In this document: one piece after another, positions 10,927-22,195 of the stretch
Layout of the letters: every line of letters begins with the position of its first letter
Position numbering within the stretch: position 1 is the stretch's first letter
DNA from: Hemiscyllium ocellatum
Taxonomy: Eukaryota
Length of the DNA stretch: 64,000 bases
Direction of reading: 5' to 3'
NCBI RefSeq assembly: GCF_020745735.1
Contig: NC_083442.1
Location: 8,682,576-8,746,575 of the forward strand
Position numbers and translations under genes: made by a program
Notes under the pieces: generated by a model
The model's input: the letters and a program-made list of their open reading frames with translations, nothing else
The model's database searches: none
Told to the model about the DNA's origin: nothing

Positions 10927-11251
10927 TCACTCCCGTACCCACTGTAGTATCTTGCACAGTAATAGATGGCGGTGTCTTCGATCTTCAGGTTCCCCATGTC
11001 CAACGCGAAAATGTTGTTTAAAGTATCTTTGGACGCAGTAAATCGACCCTTAATCGCTGGTGCATAGCTATTGCTGTTTGATCTATAGTACCAAACCAGC
11101 CACTCCAGACCCTGTCCGGGAACCTGTCGGACCCAGTACATGCCGTAGCTGCTAAGATCGAACCCGCTGGTTTTACAGGTCAGTTTCAGGCTGCCTGCGG
11201 GATGGCCAGTCTCTGCCTCTGGCTGAGTCAAAACAACCTCCGACTGGACAC
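10927..11251 (-). CDS. IGHV: IgM VH exon already fused to D sequence (V-D1-D2)
   Basis: Acceptor ttttcaaAG (11253-11252). Open frame (C)[52 protein letters not shown]...RFTASKD...[17 protein letters not shown]; both Cys and the conserved Trp are intact; no V 23-RSS follows CAR. Confidence 0.93.
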
Positions 11252-11378
11252 CTTTGAAAAGAAAACAAATAAACCATGAGCATTAATACTGATGAAATGA
11301 TGACTGAGTCTGTTACATTCCTGCGGTAAACTAATGTTGAGACAGTAACAAAAAGAGACTTGAACAAAAAACACTCAC

Positions 11379-11427
11379 ATGATAGGAAAGTCAGTAACAA
11401 ACTGAGAAAAAGTGTCGACACAATCAT
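11379..11427 (-). CDS. IGHV: VH leader (signal peptide) exon
   Basis: 49 nt encoding MIVSTLFLSLLLTFLS plus T, donor T|GTGAGT, 127-bp intron; the split codon T|GT gives Cys, then VQS, as in shark VH leaders. Confidence 0.93.
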
Positions 11428-11513
11428 TCCGATAACTTATGGCAAACGGTTCTGTCAAGATCTTTCTAAACAAAGCCGACCCAGGAGTGTTGAATTATGG
11501 TCCAGTGCCCAGG

Positions 11514-11521
11514 ATTTATAT
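11514..11521 (-). promoter_or_regulatory. VH promoter TATA box
   Basis: ATATAAAT on the minus strand, ~87 nt upstream of the leader ATG. Confidence 0.65.
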
Positions 11522-11775
11522 GGCCATCGGAAGGGGCAGGCTTACACCTTCCGCCTGCTGGTTTCCTGCTGGAGATTGAGACTGGACCCTGGTATCAGCT
11601 TGCACAGCCCGAATACATGGGATCATGCCTTTACATGAGGTTATGTTTAAACATGGACATATACACATTTTGGGATATTTGTTTTGCTGGATAGCCTCTT
11701 TGGAAGTAAATTTGAGTAGCTTCAGGTCTGTTTCAGATGATAGTTGCAAATATTTTGTTTAAAAAAACAAAACAA

Positions 11776-12168
11776 ATTCAATTGGAAGTTAGCTCCCTTT
11801 ATTTCTACATTCGAGCTTTTTACCCCTGGACACTGCAAGTCTCTGTCGCATTACAAAATAACCTGTAATCCATACTAAACATTTAAAAATTCAGTTTAGG
11901 CAACTGAATACAGAGCGTGTCCAAAGTGATTATATTTAGAATATTCAATTAGAAGTTAACTCCCTTTAATCCTACATTCAACCACAAGCAGATAAAACTA
12001 AAAAGAACTTCAATAATATTATTAGCCAACAAAATGAGTGACTTTATTTTTGCTGTCACTCAAAGTCTCTCTCACATTACAAAATAAAATATCATTTCTA
12101 ATCTGCGTTTCTAAATTCAATTTCGGCAACCTAATATGGAGCATGGCTGAAGTGATTATGTTCAGAAT
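11776..12168. repeat. Degenerate tandem duplication upstream of the VH promoter
   Basis: 11776-11943 and 11944-12168 share ttcaatt(g/a)gaagtta(g/a)ctcccttta, gtctct..c.cattacaaaata and aagtgatta...agaat; copy 2 has ~55 extra bp. Confidence 0.75.
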
Positions 12169-13317
12169 GTGAGTGTATGTTACTAAACAGTTTGGAGCCG
12201 GAGATTAGAAGCACCTCCTTACATTGCAGAATGTCTCTCCTTGCATCTTTTTATTTCAAATTGCTCCGAACCTAAAATGCATAGTAAAGGAAAGCTGTGT
12301 GCCTGAGAGACAAAAAGTGAGTTGGCAGTGAAACATAACACCTAGGCAAACTTTTGAAAGAGCATCTAATGAACTAGAACAGGACAATCCATAGGTTTTT
12401 TTAAAATCCTCAATATCTAAACCATTGCAGGTAACTGTCTGGGTACATCAGGAGTGTTTGGTTAAATTAGAGAGTACAATAATCATTACCACGAATGTAG
12501 GTCATAAACAGAACATTTCTCTGCTTACTGATAGCTTTGACAGGGGCAGTTAACTCTTAAAAATCAGCAAAAATTCACCCTTAAACTACAGCATTAACCA
12601 TGTATAAAGGGCCCACTCAGTTTTAATGAGATGCATGAATCAGAGAATGTTGCAACAAGTGATGTGAGTTTGAACCAATTCAAGTTTGTTAATTTATTTT
12701 GAGATGATAACAAATGTTACTGCAATGTGGGATTTTGGATCCGTTAACTTCATATTCAGGAGCTTTAAAGATACTCAATAAACAGGCTGAACTAACCAGA
12801 ACGTCAATGTCCTGTTTTCTGATAGTCATACAGTGAATGCTGTATTCAGTGATTTTCCTTTTTAAGGAAGAAATGCCAAGTGAAATGTGTCCATTGTGAG
12901 TAAATGGGAAAATATAGTTTGTTTGGTAGGATTTTACTTTAGTTGATTCATTTTCCCTTTAATCGACCAGATACAATAGTTGGCAGCAATTAAGCTGACT
13001 GCAGAAAAGGTCCTTGAGTTCCCAGTTTCATTTACTGGAAGCAGGTGGTGTTTCTGCAGTGGATCAAAGATATTTTGTCTCACTGTTGACCAGTTGGTGG
13101 AAAGCCAACTGCAAACCATAAACACTGCCTCCACAGAAACAAATCTACTCAGCAACAATGCTGGAGAAAAGTTTATTTTTCAGTTGTGTAACTTGGAGAA
13201 CTAGTCCCTCCTCTCACGGAAGGAAATATTCGCAGAGTCTCAGACACAACCTAAACAACAACAGCTTATTCGAGGAACACTACAGCACTGTTTAATATTG
13301 AGAAAAATTGGTAAATA

Positions 13318-13620
13318 GTCATAGAGTCATGAAGTGATACAGCATGGAAACAGACACTTCAGTCCAACCAGTCCATGCCAGTCATAATCCCATACTAAAC
13401 TAATCCCACCTGTGTGTTCTTGGCCCATATCCTTCCAAACATCTGATATTGATTTACTTATCCAAATGCCTTCTAAAGGCTGTAAGTATCCATCACCAAA
13501 TCATCCCACACACAAACCATTTTCTGTGTAAAAAGTCTCTGATATCTTTTTAAAAATTTTTTCTCCTCTCATTGTAAAAACATGTTCCTTATTGTTGAAA
13601 TCCTCCACCATAGGGAAAAT
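13318..13620 (-). mobile_element. CR1 3' tail fragment
   Basis: gtcatagagtcatg tail followed by reverse-complement CR1 3' sequence. Confidence 0.7.
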
Positions 13621-15759
13621 ACGCCAATGTCTTAGTCAAAAACTGAAAACAATCCCAGTTCCAAACATTTACAAAATATCACTATGGATCTTCCTTGAGT
13701 CCAAAAAAGATTGCCCCCTTTTATCAATGATTTCTAAAATTTACTCGCATATCTGTTGTGAAGGACATTTTCAAATAACTTCGGAAGTGCAAATGGTTCA
13801 CATCAATCGGATTAAAGTAACATTTCGTGTGTTACCCCACACACAGAAAAAACAAGTTTGTTGACACGAATTGCTCTGAGGAAGTCTACGATGGATTCTT
13901 TTATCAGACAAAATCATTTCCAATGTTGTGAGGGCTCGTCCACCTTCTGTGCAATGATCTGAATTTTAAGTTGTGTCTGACTGCAGATGAAACTGGCTGA
14001 TCTGTGTAAAAGTACAGTTTGTCCTTTCACATTGTTAATGTACATTGCTGACTTTAGTTGATAAAGTGACGTTGTCCCAGGCATCGACTGGCACCATTAA
14101 TTTGACCAGTAATTTCCCATCACTAGCCAGAAAGTCAGGTAGAGTTTATTGATATGTGATATTTTTGTAATGAAAGCTTCATACATTTCCAGTATGAATC
14201 ATGTCAATTAGAGCCACTCACCTTTCCACTCATGGCTTTATAAACTTATATGAGGTCACCCCCCCCACCCCCTCCGAAGTCTCATCCTTCAGTGAAAAAC
14301 GTTCCAGTCTATCTGGATTTCCTACGGTGATTCTGTTCCCTCACATTCTGCTGTTAAAGATCCTCCTGCCACCCCAGGTCCACAGAGAGTGTCCCTTGAT
14401 ACTAGTTCAAAGAAATGAAAGGAACTTGTCCCACCATATTGTTCAATTTTATTTGGCTTCAAACATCATAAAAAATAAATGTTCATGTCATTGCTGATTT
14501 TGGGAGAATGCCGTGTACACAATATCTGCTGAAATACCTGCAGTACCATCCTGAATCTGGTTCACAGGTTCATCTGTTGCTCACAAATGCAACCAGACAT
14601 CTGGGAACAGTGAACATCGCCCAACCCCACCCCTCCACCCTTCACCCCCCCCCCCATACTTTGCACTTTGTGAAATCCGTGTTGTCAATAATCAGTTAAA
14701 AGGAAGTTTTTTTAGAACTTTCTTCATTCATGTTGCTGATCTTGGCTGAATAAAGGTATGCTGCTGTCAGCATTTCTGGGGAATATGTCTGCATTTTTTT
14801 TTCATGTCAGTTTACAATGATATTAAGTCAAGAATAGTCAAAACGTCCTGAGAAACAACGTTTAGAAGTGGACTCCTCAGGGCTGCACCAACTGTTTGAA
14901 TATTGAAACAGTTCGGCCCCTACTTTTTCCCCATAAGCCAGAATTTACAGCATTGGTGATCATATCTATGTTGATAATGGATTAGTCCCGACACAATGTT
15001 CCCGAATGTTTACTTCAAGTGCTGTCACCTGCAGAGTTATGGACAACATGCTATAAAGTGGGTGTTGGCTGGACGGCTCTGTTTTCACGTGACACAGGTG
15101 CGATGGGCGAAGTAATCGCTCTCTGTCGTGAAAACTTTCTACTACTCGAAATTCATCTTTCCTATTTTTTCTCGTTCAGAGGCTCTAATTCACATGATTC
15201 ATACTGGAAATATTCCAAGCATTTGTTTCAATGACATCAATAAACTCCACCTGACTCTCCTGCTAGTGATGTGGAAATTAATGGTCTAATTAATGGTGGC
15301 AGACGATGCCTGGGACAACATCACTTTATTCAACTAAAGTCAGCAATATACATTAACAATGTGAAAGGCACAAACTGTACTTTTACCCAGATCAGCCAGT
15401 TTCATCTGCAATCAGACATAAAATTCAGACCATTGCACAGAAGATAGACGAGCCCTCACAACATTGGAAATGATTTTGTTTTATGAAAGAGTCCATCACA
15501 GACTTGTTTGGAGCAACTCATGACAACAAACTTGCTTGATTTTTTTTTGTATGGGGTAACACATGAAACGTTACTGTATTCCAATTGATGTGAACCATTT
15601 GCACTTCAAGTAATTTGAAAACGTCCTTCACAACAGATATGCAAGCAAATTTTAGAAACCATTGATCAAAGGGTCAATTTTTTTTTGACTCAAGGAAGAT
15701 CCATAGTGATATTTTGTAAAACTGAGATTGCTTTAAATTTTTCACTAAGACATTGGCAT
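13621..15759. repeat. Long inverted repeat: arms 13621-14215 and 15181-15759, spacer ~965 bp
   Basis: For example ttacaaaatatcactatggatcttccttgagtc (13670) vs gactcaaggaagatccatagtgatattttgtaa (~15688), and catttccaatgttgtgagggctcgtc (13916) vs gacgagccctcacaacattggaaatg (~15447); colinear over ~590 bp. Confidence 0.9.
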
Positions 15760-16269
15760 ACAGTGCACAACTTCACAATTTACTGTAACATGAAACTCGC
15801 AACCACTGTGAACCAGGAAGGCGATGGTTCAGAATTTAACAAGGACCTCGCAAGGTTCGTGGAACAAACCGACGAGTGATACATAGAATTTAACAAAGGC
15901 ATTTTTGAAATGATTAATTTAGTTAAGAAGAATGTAGAGACACAAATTCACATCTCTGTTTACATTTCAATATGCTATAAGTTACTTTCCTATTATATCC
16001 TAAAATAATTGTGTCTTTGTTCATATTTAATACACTCTATCTTGTTCTGGGGCTAAGGTAGTTTCTTTATTTATTTCACTCAAGACTGTATGCTGTATTT
16101 TTGCCTCAGTATTGACCAAACTCGGTTTGGTGCCAGCTTATATCACTTGAGCTGCTTTTTCAGGAAGTGAATCCCTCCACCTGTTTTGTCAAAATACTCT
16201 GTTCGTGCTTAGATCGAAATAAATGCTGTTAATATCATCCCAAATTCAGGCTCGGTTATCTTGTATTTA

Positions 16270-17345
16270 TTTATTGGAAATGAACAGAGTATGACCACCA
16301 ATATGTTCTTGGTGGAGTGGGAGAGGGAGTTAAAGTGTTCAGCCATGGGGCCGTGGGGTTGTTTGGCACGGGTGACCCAGAGATGTTCTCTGAAATGATC
16401 CACAAGTTAGTGTCCTGTCTCCCTGATGTAGAGGAGACCACATCAGGTGGAACAGACACAGTCGATGACATTTGTTGAAGTACAGATAAATTTCTGTGGG
16501 ATGTGGAAGGATCATTTGGGCCTTGTCGGAGGTGAGGGGGAAGGTGTGGGCGAAGGTTTTGCACTTCCTGTGGTGGCAGGGGAAGGTGACAGGGTGTGGA
16601 GTGGGTGTACCTGACGAGGGAGTCGCAGAGGGAATGGTGTCTCCGGAATGCAGATAGGGGTAGGAAGGAAAATATACCCCGAGTGATGGGGTCTGCTTGC
16701 AAGTGATGGAAGCAGCGGAGGATATGATATATGCGAGGTTGATGCAGTGGAAGATGAGGACCAGTAGGGCTCCCTGTTGCGATTGTAGGGGTGGGGGTTC
16801 AAGGGCATCATCGACCAAGTAGGAGGGGGAAATTGCAGTCTTGGGGCTGTTTTATGGTGGAACTGGTCCTCCTGGGAGCAGATGCAGTGGAGGCTGAGGT
16901 ATTGAGAATAAGGGATGGCATTTTTACAGGAGGTCGGGTGGGAGGAGGTGTAGTCCAGGTAGCTGTGAGAGTCAGTGGGCTTGCAGTAAATGTTTAGTTG
17001 GTCACTGGAGATAGAGGTGGAGAGGTCTAAGAAAGGGAGGGAGGTGTCCGAGATATTCCCTGTGAAGTTTAGGTCAGGGTGGAAGGTTTTAGTGAAGTTG
17101 ATGAATTGTTCAACCTCCTAGTGGTATCATGAAGTGGCGTTGGTACAGTCATCAATATAGCAGTGGTAAAGGTGGGCAATGATACCGGTGTAGCTGTGGA
17201 AGATTGACTGTTCCACACACCTGACGAAGAGTCAGGCATAGCTGGCGTCCATACAGGTGTCCACGGCTACCCCTTTGGTTTGGAGAAAGTGGGAGGATTG
17301 GAACGAAATGGACTTGTGAGTTGAGCAGTTCAGCCAAGCGAATGA
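16270..17345 (-). mobile_element. Penelope-like retroelement remnant (RT and GIY-YIG)
   Basis: FLQTKGVAVDTCMDASYA resembles the Penelope RT motif QxxGxAMGx; DPITRGIF...LSAFRR..SLCDSLVR; CHHRKCKT zinc motif. Confidence 0.8.
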
Positions 17346-18619
17346 GAGTGTGAGTGGAAGGATACTGCTTGGGTTGGCGTGACAGGAAGAAACGGAGGGC
17401 TTCGAGCCTACATCATGGTGTTTGGATGTGTACAGGACCTGGACATTCTGTTCATTCTGGGGCTTATCAACAGCTTGCAGGAACTGCAAGGGCAATGGCT
17501 GGGAACTTGGAGAAACCAATGTTTAAGTCTTCTGCTTGAAGCAAATTTTGACCAGAACATTTAAACACCACAAAGCTCACTGTAGGAAATGCCAGTGCTA
17601 CAACTTTTAATAATATTTGAAACTTTGTTAAAAATAGGGATTTTTAGTCATAGTTTCTGAACGAATCAAAAAAAATTATCTGTTAGAACAAACTCTTTCA
17701 AAGAGAGATGATTTGCAAAGTTTGAAACCATACAGTGCTGTGCTTTATTTGAATTCAATGTCAGCCAGAGTTAGATACAGACATCTCTCCATATATTGAT
17801 TCTGTTAATAGGACACGCCGACATACCTGTCCGTACAAAACCGTATTATTTTTTTAAGTTGGTCAAAATCTAGGAAATAGATCAAACAGAATGTATTCAG
17901 CTGGGGAGGGGATGGATACAGAAGACAGAATCTAAAACTGGGAACATTAAATCTGAAGAGAGAGTAACAAGTAGTACAAGATCAAAGACATGAAAAGGTG
18001 CAGTCGATATGTCTCAGACGTTAGTGAATCGAATGAGCTTGTTAGATGGTCGAGAGACTCGTCCAATGACGTTCTGGAATCAGACTGTGAAACAGAGATT
18101 GAAAGGTCAATTTGCAAATGTCACTTCAATGTGATCACTTCACACTCTGTGTCCTGATATAGGTCACATTGGCAGGTGTTTCCACCAGATTGCGTCCCCG
18201 GGTTTATTTTCTGATCAGGAGTGAGATGTGTGGCTAGCTGCTGCCACATAGAAACAGGAAGTTGTGTGCCAGCTCAGAATGATACACCAGGTGCAGTTCT
18301 GTATTATCAGCACAGTCTTCCTGCCTCTGAGGGTGAACATACACTGATAGTGTCAAGAACAAATGGGCAGATTGCTGTTGGTCTCAACATTGTACTCAAT
18401 TCCATTCCCATTTTCCAGAATGAAACAGAAGAGACACAAGATTATTTCAGCGATAGTAAACTATCTGTCAGAGAGATAAGAAGAGTTATCACCAGGCGAA
18501 AGCAGCTAAAAGACAATATGTAGTTTCGCTCATAAACCTATGTTTAAAAGTAGAATGCTTGAGGGAAGTTAATAAATAAATCTAAGAGACAGCATTGATT
18601 AAAAGTTGAAATTGTAAAG

Positions 18620-19200
18620 TTTAAGCAATAAAATTCAGCACGGCTTCGGTGGAGGTGATATCATATCGGACATGGCTGATACTGTTTTCTGAAGAGGCAA
18701 TGAGATGTGTCATCAAATGTAAACAATGGATGTAATGCTTATTGGCTTCAATCAGATTTTTGACAAGATCTTGCATCTTCAATAAGGTAAGGGTTCATGG
18801 GATCGGGTGCAGTTTGGCAAATGCATCGAATGTTTATTTGGTGGCAGAAGATAATGGTCTTTGTGAAGCCATCATGTGTCCAGTGGCTTGCTATTAGACT
18901 TGGTGCTGGATCCTTTGCTGTTTGCAGTGTATATAAATGATCTAGTCAAGAATGCAGCAATTTTCATCAGTAATTTCAAAGATGAGGTGAAAACATTTGA
19001 TTTTGCCATTAATGAGGAAGAAAGCCAGTGTGACATCGATGTCCTTGTCTGTTGGAGAGAAGAATTGAAAACAGGGGATTATATCCTGAAGTCTGTGAAG
19101 TAAAGCATTTTCAAGACTAACAATTTAAGCGAATATACGATGCATGGTCAGAATCTACAAAATACAAAAGATAAGCGATCTTCTGTTGTGCATATCCACA
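18620..19200 (+). mobile_element. CR1 RT remnant
   Basis: SSG...LVLDPLLFAVYINDL...ISNFKDEVK, degenerate CR1 RT motifs. Confidence 0.7.
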
Positions 19201-19269
19201 ACATGGAGTGGGGGGGGGTTATAGTCTGGAGATATTGTGGCTAGACTATTCATTCAGGAAACTGGGGTC

Positions 19270-20960
19270 TGAGCCCGCAGTGCTGCCACATCAAGTCTTG
19301 AATTATGGTTGATAATTTAACAACTCATTGGAGGAATAAACTCCACAGATATTCCCTTGCTCTGCTTTGGAGAGCACAACACATCAGTGCAAAAGTTAAG
19401 GCTGAAGCATTCACAGCAATCTTCAGCCAGAAATGCCAACTGGATGATCCATCTTGGCATCTTCCAGTGATCACCAATATTCCAGACACCTGTCTTCAGG
19501 GAATTCGCTTCTCTCCATGTGATATCAAGACACTGTTGGGCAGGGGACACTGGTTACTGCAAATGCTATGCAGCCTGACAAAATTCTGGCAGTAATACTG
19601 ATGACTTGTGCGGTACAGCTACAACACTGGCATGGACAATGTGGAAAATAGGCCATGCATGTCCTGTGCACAGAAAATTGGTCAAACCACCCTGACAAAG
19701 TACTGCCCCATCAGTCCCTGCTCAATCATGAGTTAGTTGTAGGAAGGTTCTATTAACAGTGCTCTCAAGCAGCACTAGCTCAGCAATAACCTGCTCGGTG
19801 ACATAAAATGTGGGTTACACAAGGCCTACTCAGCTCATGATTGAATTACAGACTTGATTTAAACATGGACAAAGAACTGAATTCCAGAAATGAGGGGAGT
19901 GTGACAGCCCTTCACATTAAGGTCACATTCGACAAAGTGCGATATTATAGAGTCCTTGCAAAACTGGATTCAATAGGTATCAGATGACAAACTCCCTGCT
20001 GCCTGCAGTCAGACCTCACACATTGGAAGATGGTTCTGCTTGTGAGAGGTCAGTCGCCTCAGCCAAAGCAAATCTCTGTTGGAGTTCTGAAAGAAAGTGT
20101 CCTCGGCCCAATCATCTTCAGCTGCTTCAGCAATGACCTTTCTTCCATCATAAGGTCATAAGTGAAATCTGTAATAATCTAGCACTTTTTTGTGACTCCT
20201 CAGTCCACATTCAAACGCAACAAAATCTGGACAATATCCAGACTTGAGCTGACAAGTGGCAAATGGCATTCACACCACAAAACTGCAAGACAATCTAACC
20301 AAAACCCCTTGGCATTCAATAGTGTTACCATCACTGAATCCCTCACCATCAACATACTGGGTTTCATTGTTCATTAGAAATTGAGCTGGACACTCCATAT
20401 AAATTGTTGTAAGAGCAGGCCAGAGGCTAGGAATACTGCTGCGAGTAACTCACCCTCCTGACTCGCAAAGCCAATTGACTGTCTAAGAGACAGAAGTCAG
20501 GAGGGTAAATAGCACAGCTCGCACCTTGACTGGATAGGAGCAGCTTCAACTGCACTCAAGAAGCTTGGCATTGTCCAGGACAAAGCATCCCACTTGATCA
20601 GCAGCACATCCACAAGCGTCCATTGCCTCCAAATATGATGCTTAGTACCTGGCGTATGCACTAACTAAAAAACTGCACTGCAGTAACTTAGCCACTTCCT
20701 TAGACAGTACCTTCCCACTACCACTTGCACCTCGAAGGACAAGAGCAGCAGATACATGGGAACAGCACCACTGTAAGCTCCTCTCTAAACCACTCAGCAT
20801 CCTGACATGGAAATATATCATTGATCCTTTACTGTAACTGGGTCAAAATCTGGAATTCTCTTCCTCAGGGTATTTTGGAACATGTTATTTCAGAAAGGCA
20901 GCTTACTGCCATCTGCTGAAGGACACCTACAGACAACTAAAAGCAACCACCGTGTTCTAT
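19270..20960 (+). mobile_element. Non-LTR retrotransposon (CR1/L2 group) remnant
   Basis: KAEAF..IFSQKCQ.DDPS and YCPISL-like RT motifs; same family as 39175-40650. Confidence 0.7.
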
Positions 20961-21289
20961 GAGTCAATTAAAAAAAATCATTGAAGCGAACATGACAGTT
21001 TGAGAAAAGTGTTTGAGGAGACATTATGAGTATTTAAGAAGCAATCAAAGTTTTGGTGTAAAGTTCCAGAATCAATCTCTACCATGGTAGCTTCAATTAA
21101 TGAAAGAGTATGAAATGAAAATGCTGGAGTAATGAGCGATATTCACAGACCTACCGAAGGTTTGAAGCATGTTACATGGTTCAGTATTGTCCTTCACAGG
21201 AGGATGTGTGACCTTCTTACCTGGCCTGCCCTACCCGTTCAACAATGGTCCTTTCCTGTGCCGAACCTGACTAAGAAACCAATCAGGAG

Positions 21290-21490
21290 AAAGCGAGGAC
21301 TGCAGGGGCTGGAGATCAGAGTTTAGAGTGTACTGCTGGAAAAGCACAGGTCAGGCAGCATCTGAGGAACAGGAAAATCAACATTCCAGGCACAACCCCT
21401 TCATCAGGTATCCTAATGAAGGCCTTGTGCCCAAAATGTCAATTATCCTGCTCCTCGGATGCCGCCTGACCTGCTGTACTTTACCAGCTC
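21290..21490. mobile_element. Palindromic Penelope-derived short element with two head-to-head degenerate hammerheads
   Basis: Arms 21335-21408 and 21412-21488 are reverse complements around a central tat. Confidence 0.75.
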
Positions 21491-21994
21491 TACAGTCTCG
21501 ACGGAGAAGCCATTTGGTTATAATAAAGCTTCTTAAGAAAGATCAACCACAATTAACCGAGCAAGATGGCCGGCCTTCAAAAAGGGTAGCTGATGACCAC
21601 CTTCTTGGATATGTGACTAACATTTTCATAATTCATGAAGAATTCAAAGAATGCAAATTACGGTGAGTCAGGCTCTTCAGACAGAGTCCGATATACATTT
21701 TAGATTGAAGATTGGATGCAAAGTCTCCTGTGATGTTGCTGTGAACAGCAAGAGAGTTCTTGCCAATATTGCACTCCAATATTTGTTCATAATGGAAAGT
21801 GTCAGATTTATTGCATTTCTGTTTGTGACCGCTTTCTGTGCATTCCCAACTTTAGGATTACAGAGGTGATATCATGAGACCAGTATTCCCGAACTCCAGT
21901 TTGGTGTTGAATGGATGGGGTTTGGAATATCATCGTTTGCCCAGGGTGAAATTTGAATATAAAGAAATCCTGGAATCAGAAAGAAAGCCAAATG

Positions 21995-22195
21995 GTGACC
22001 ATGTAGCCCGAGTCAATGGAAAAACACAAGAACAGCTGGTTCACGAATGACAAGTCTTTTGTCATCTTTACATGGTCTGGCCGACATGAGATTCCAGACC
22101 CACTGGGAAGTAATTGACTGTGTTCTGTAGTTGCTTTAGCAAGTTATTCAATGGGCAATTGGGGATAGGGACTCATTGCTGACCCTAGTCAGAAA
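21995..22195 (+). mobile_element. Degenerate Deu-domain SINE (SacSINE1-like) fragment
   Basis: aatggtgaccatg...ctggttcac.aatg...tggtctggcc.acatg.gattccagacccac resembles the recalled DeuSINE core; not aligned. Confidence 0.45.

Noticed and set aside
10937-10949. TACAGTG after CAR read as a mutated V heptamer (an unjoined V followed by a deletion)
   Set aside because: No nonamer lies 23 nt downstream (ATGATCAAT). The surrounding TACTACAGTGGGTA matches the recalled shark D1 core, and the only valid RSS has a 12 spacer. Paralog alignment would settle it.
444-11427. IgW or IgNAR assignment
   Set aside because: CH1 ([26 protein letters not shown]) and VH ([16 protein letters not shown]) match IgM-type shark sequences; a CH1 and a conventional VH exclude IgNAR.
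21792-21869. Signal-peptide-like MESVRFIAFLFVTAFCAFPTLGLQR as an orphan leader exon
   Set aside because: The nearest donor is phase 2 at 74 nt (Ig leaders are ~46-49 nt, phase 1), and no downstream V exon or RSS was found.
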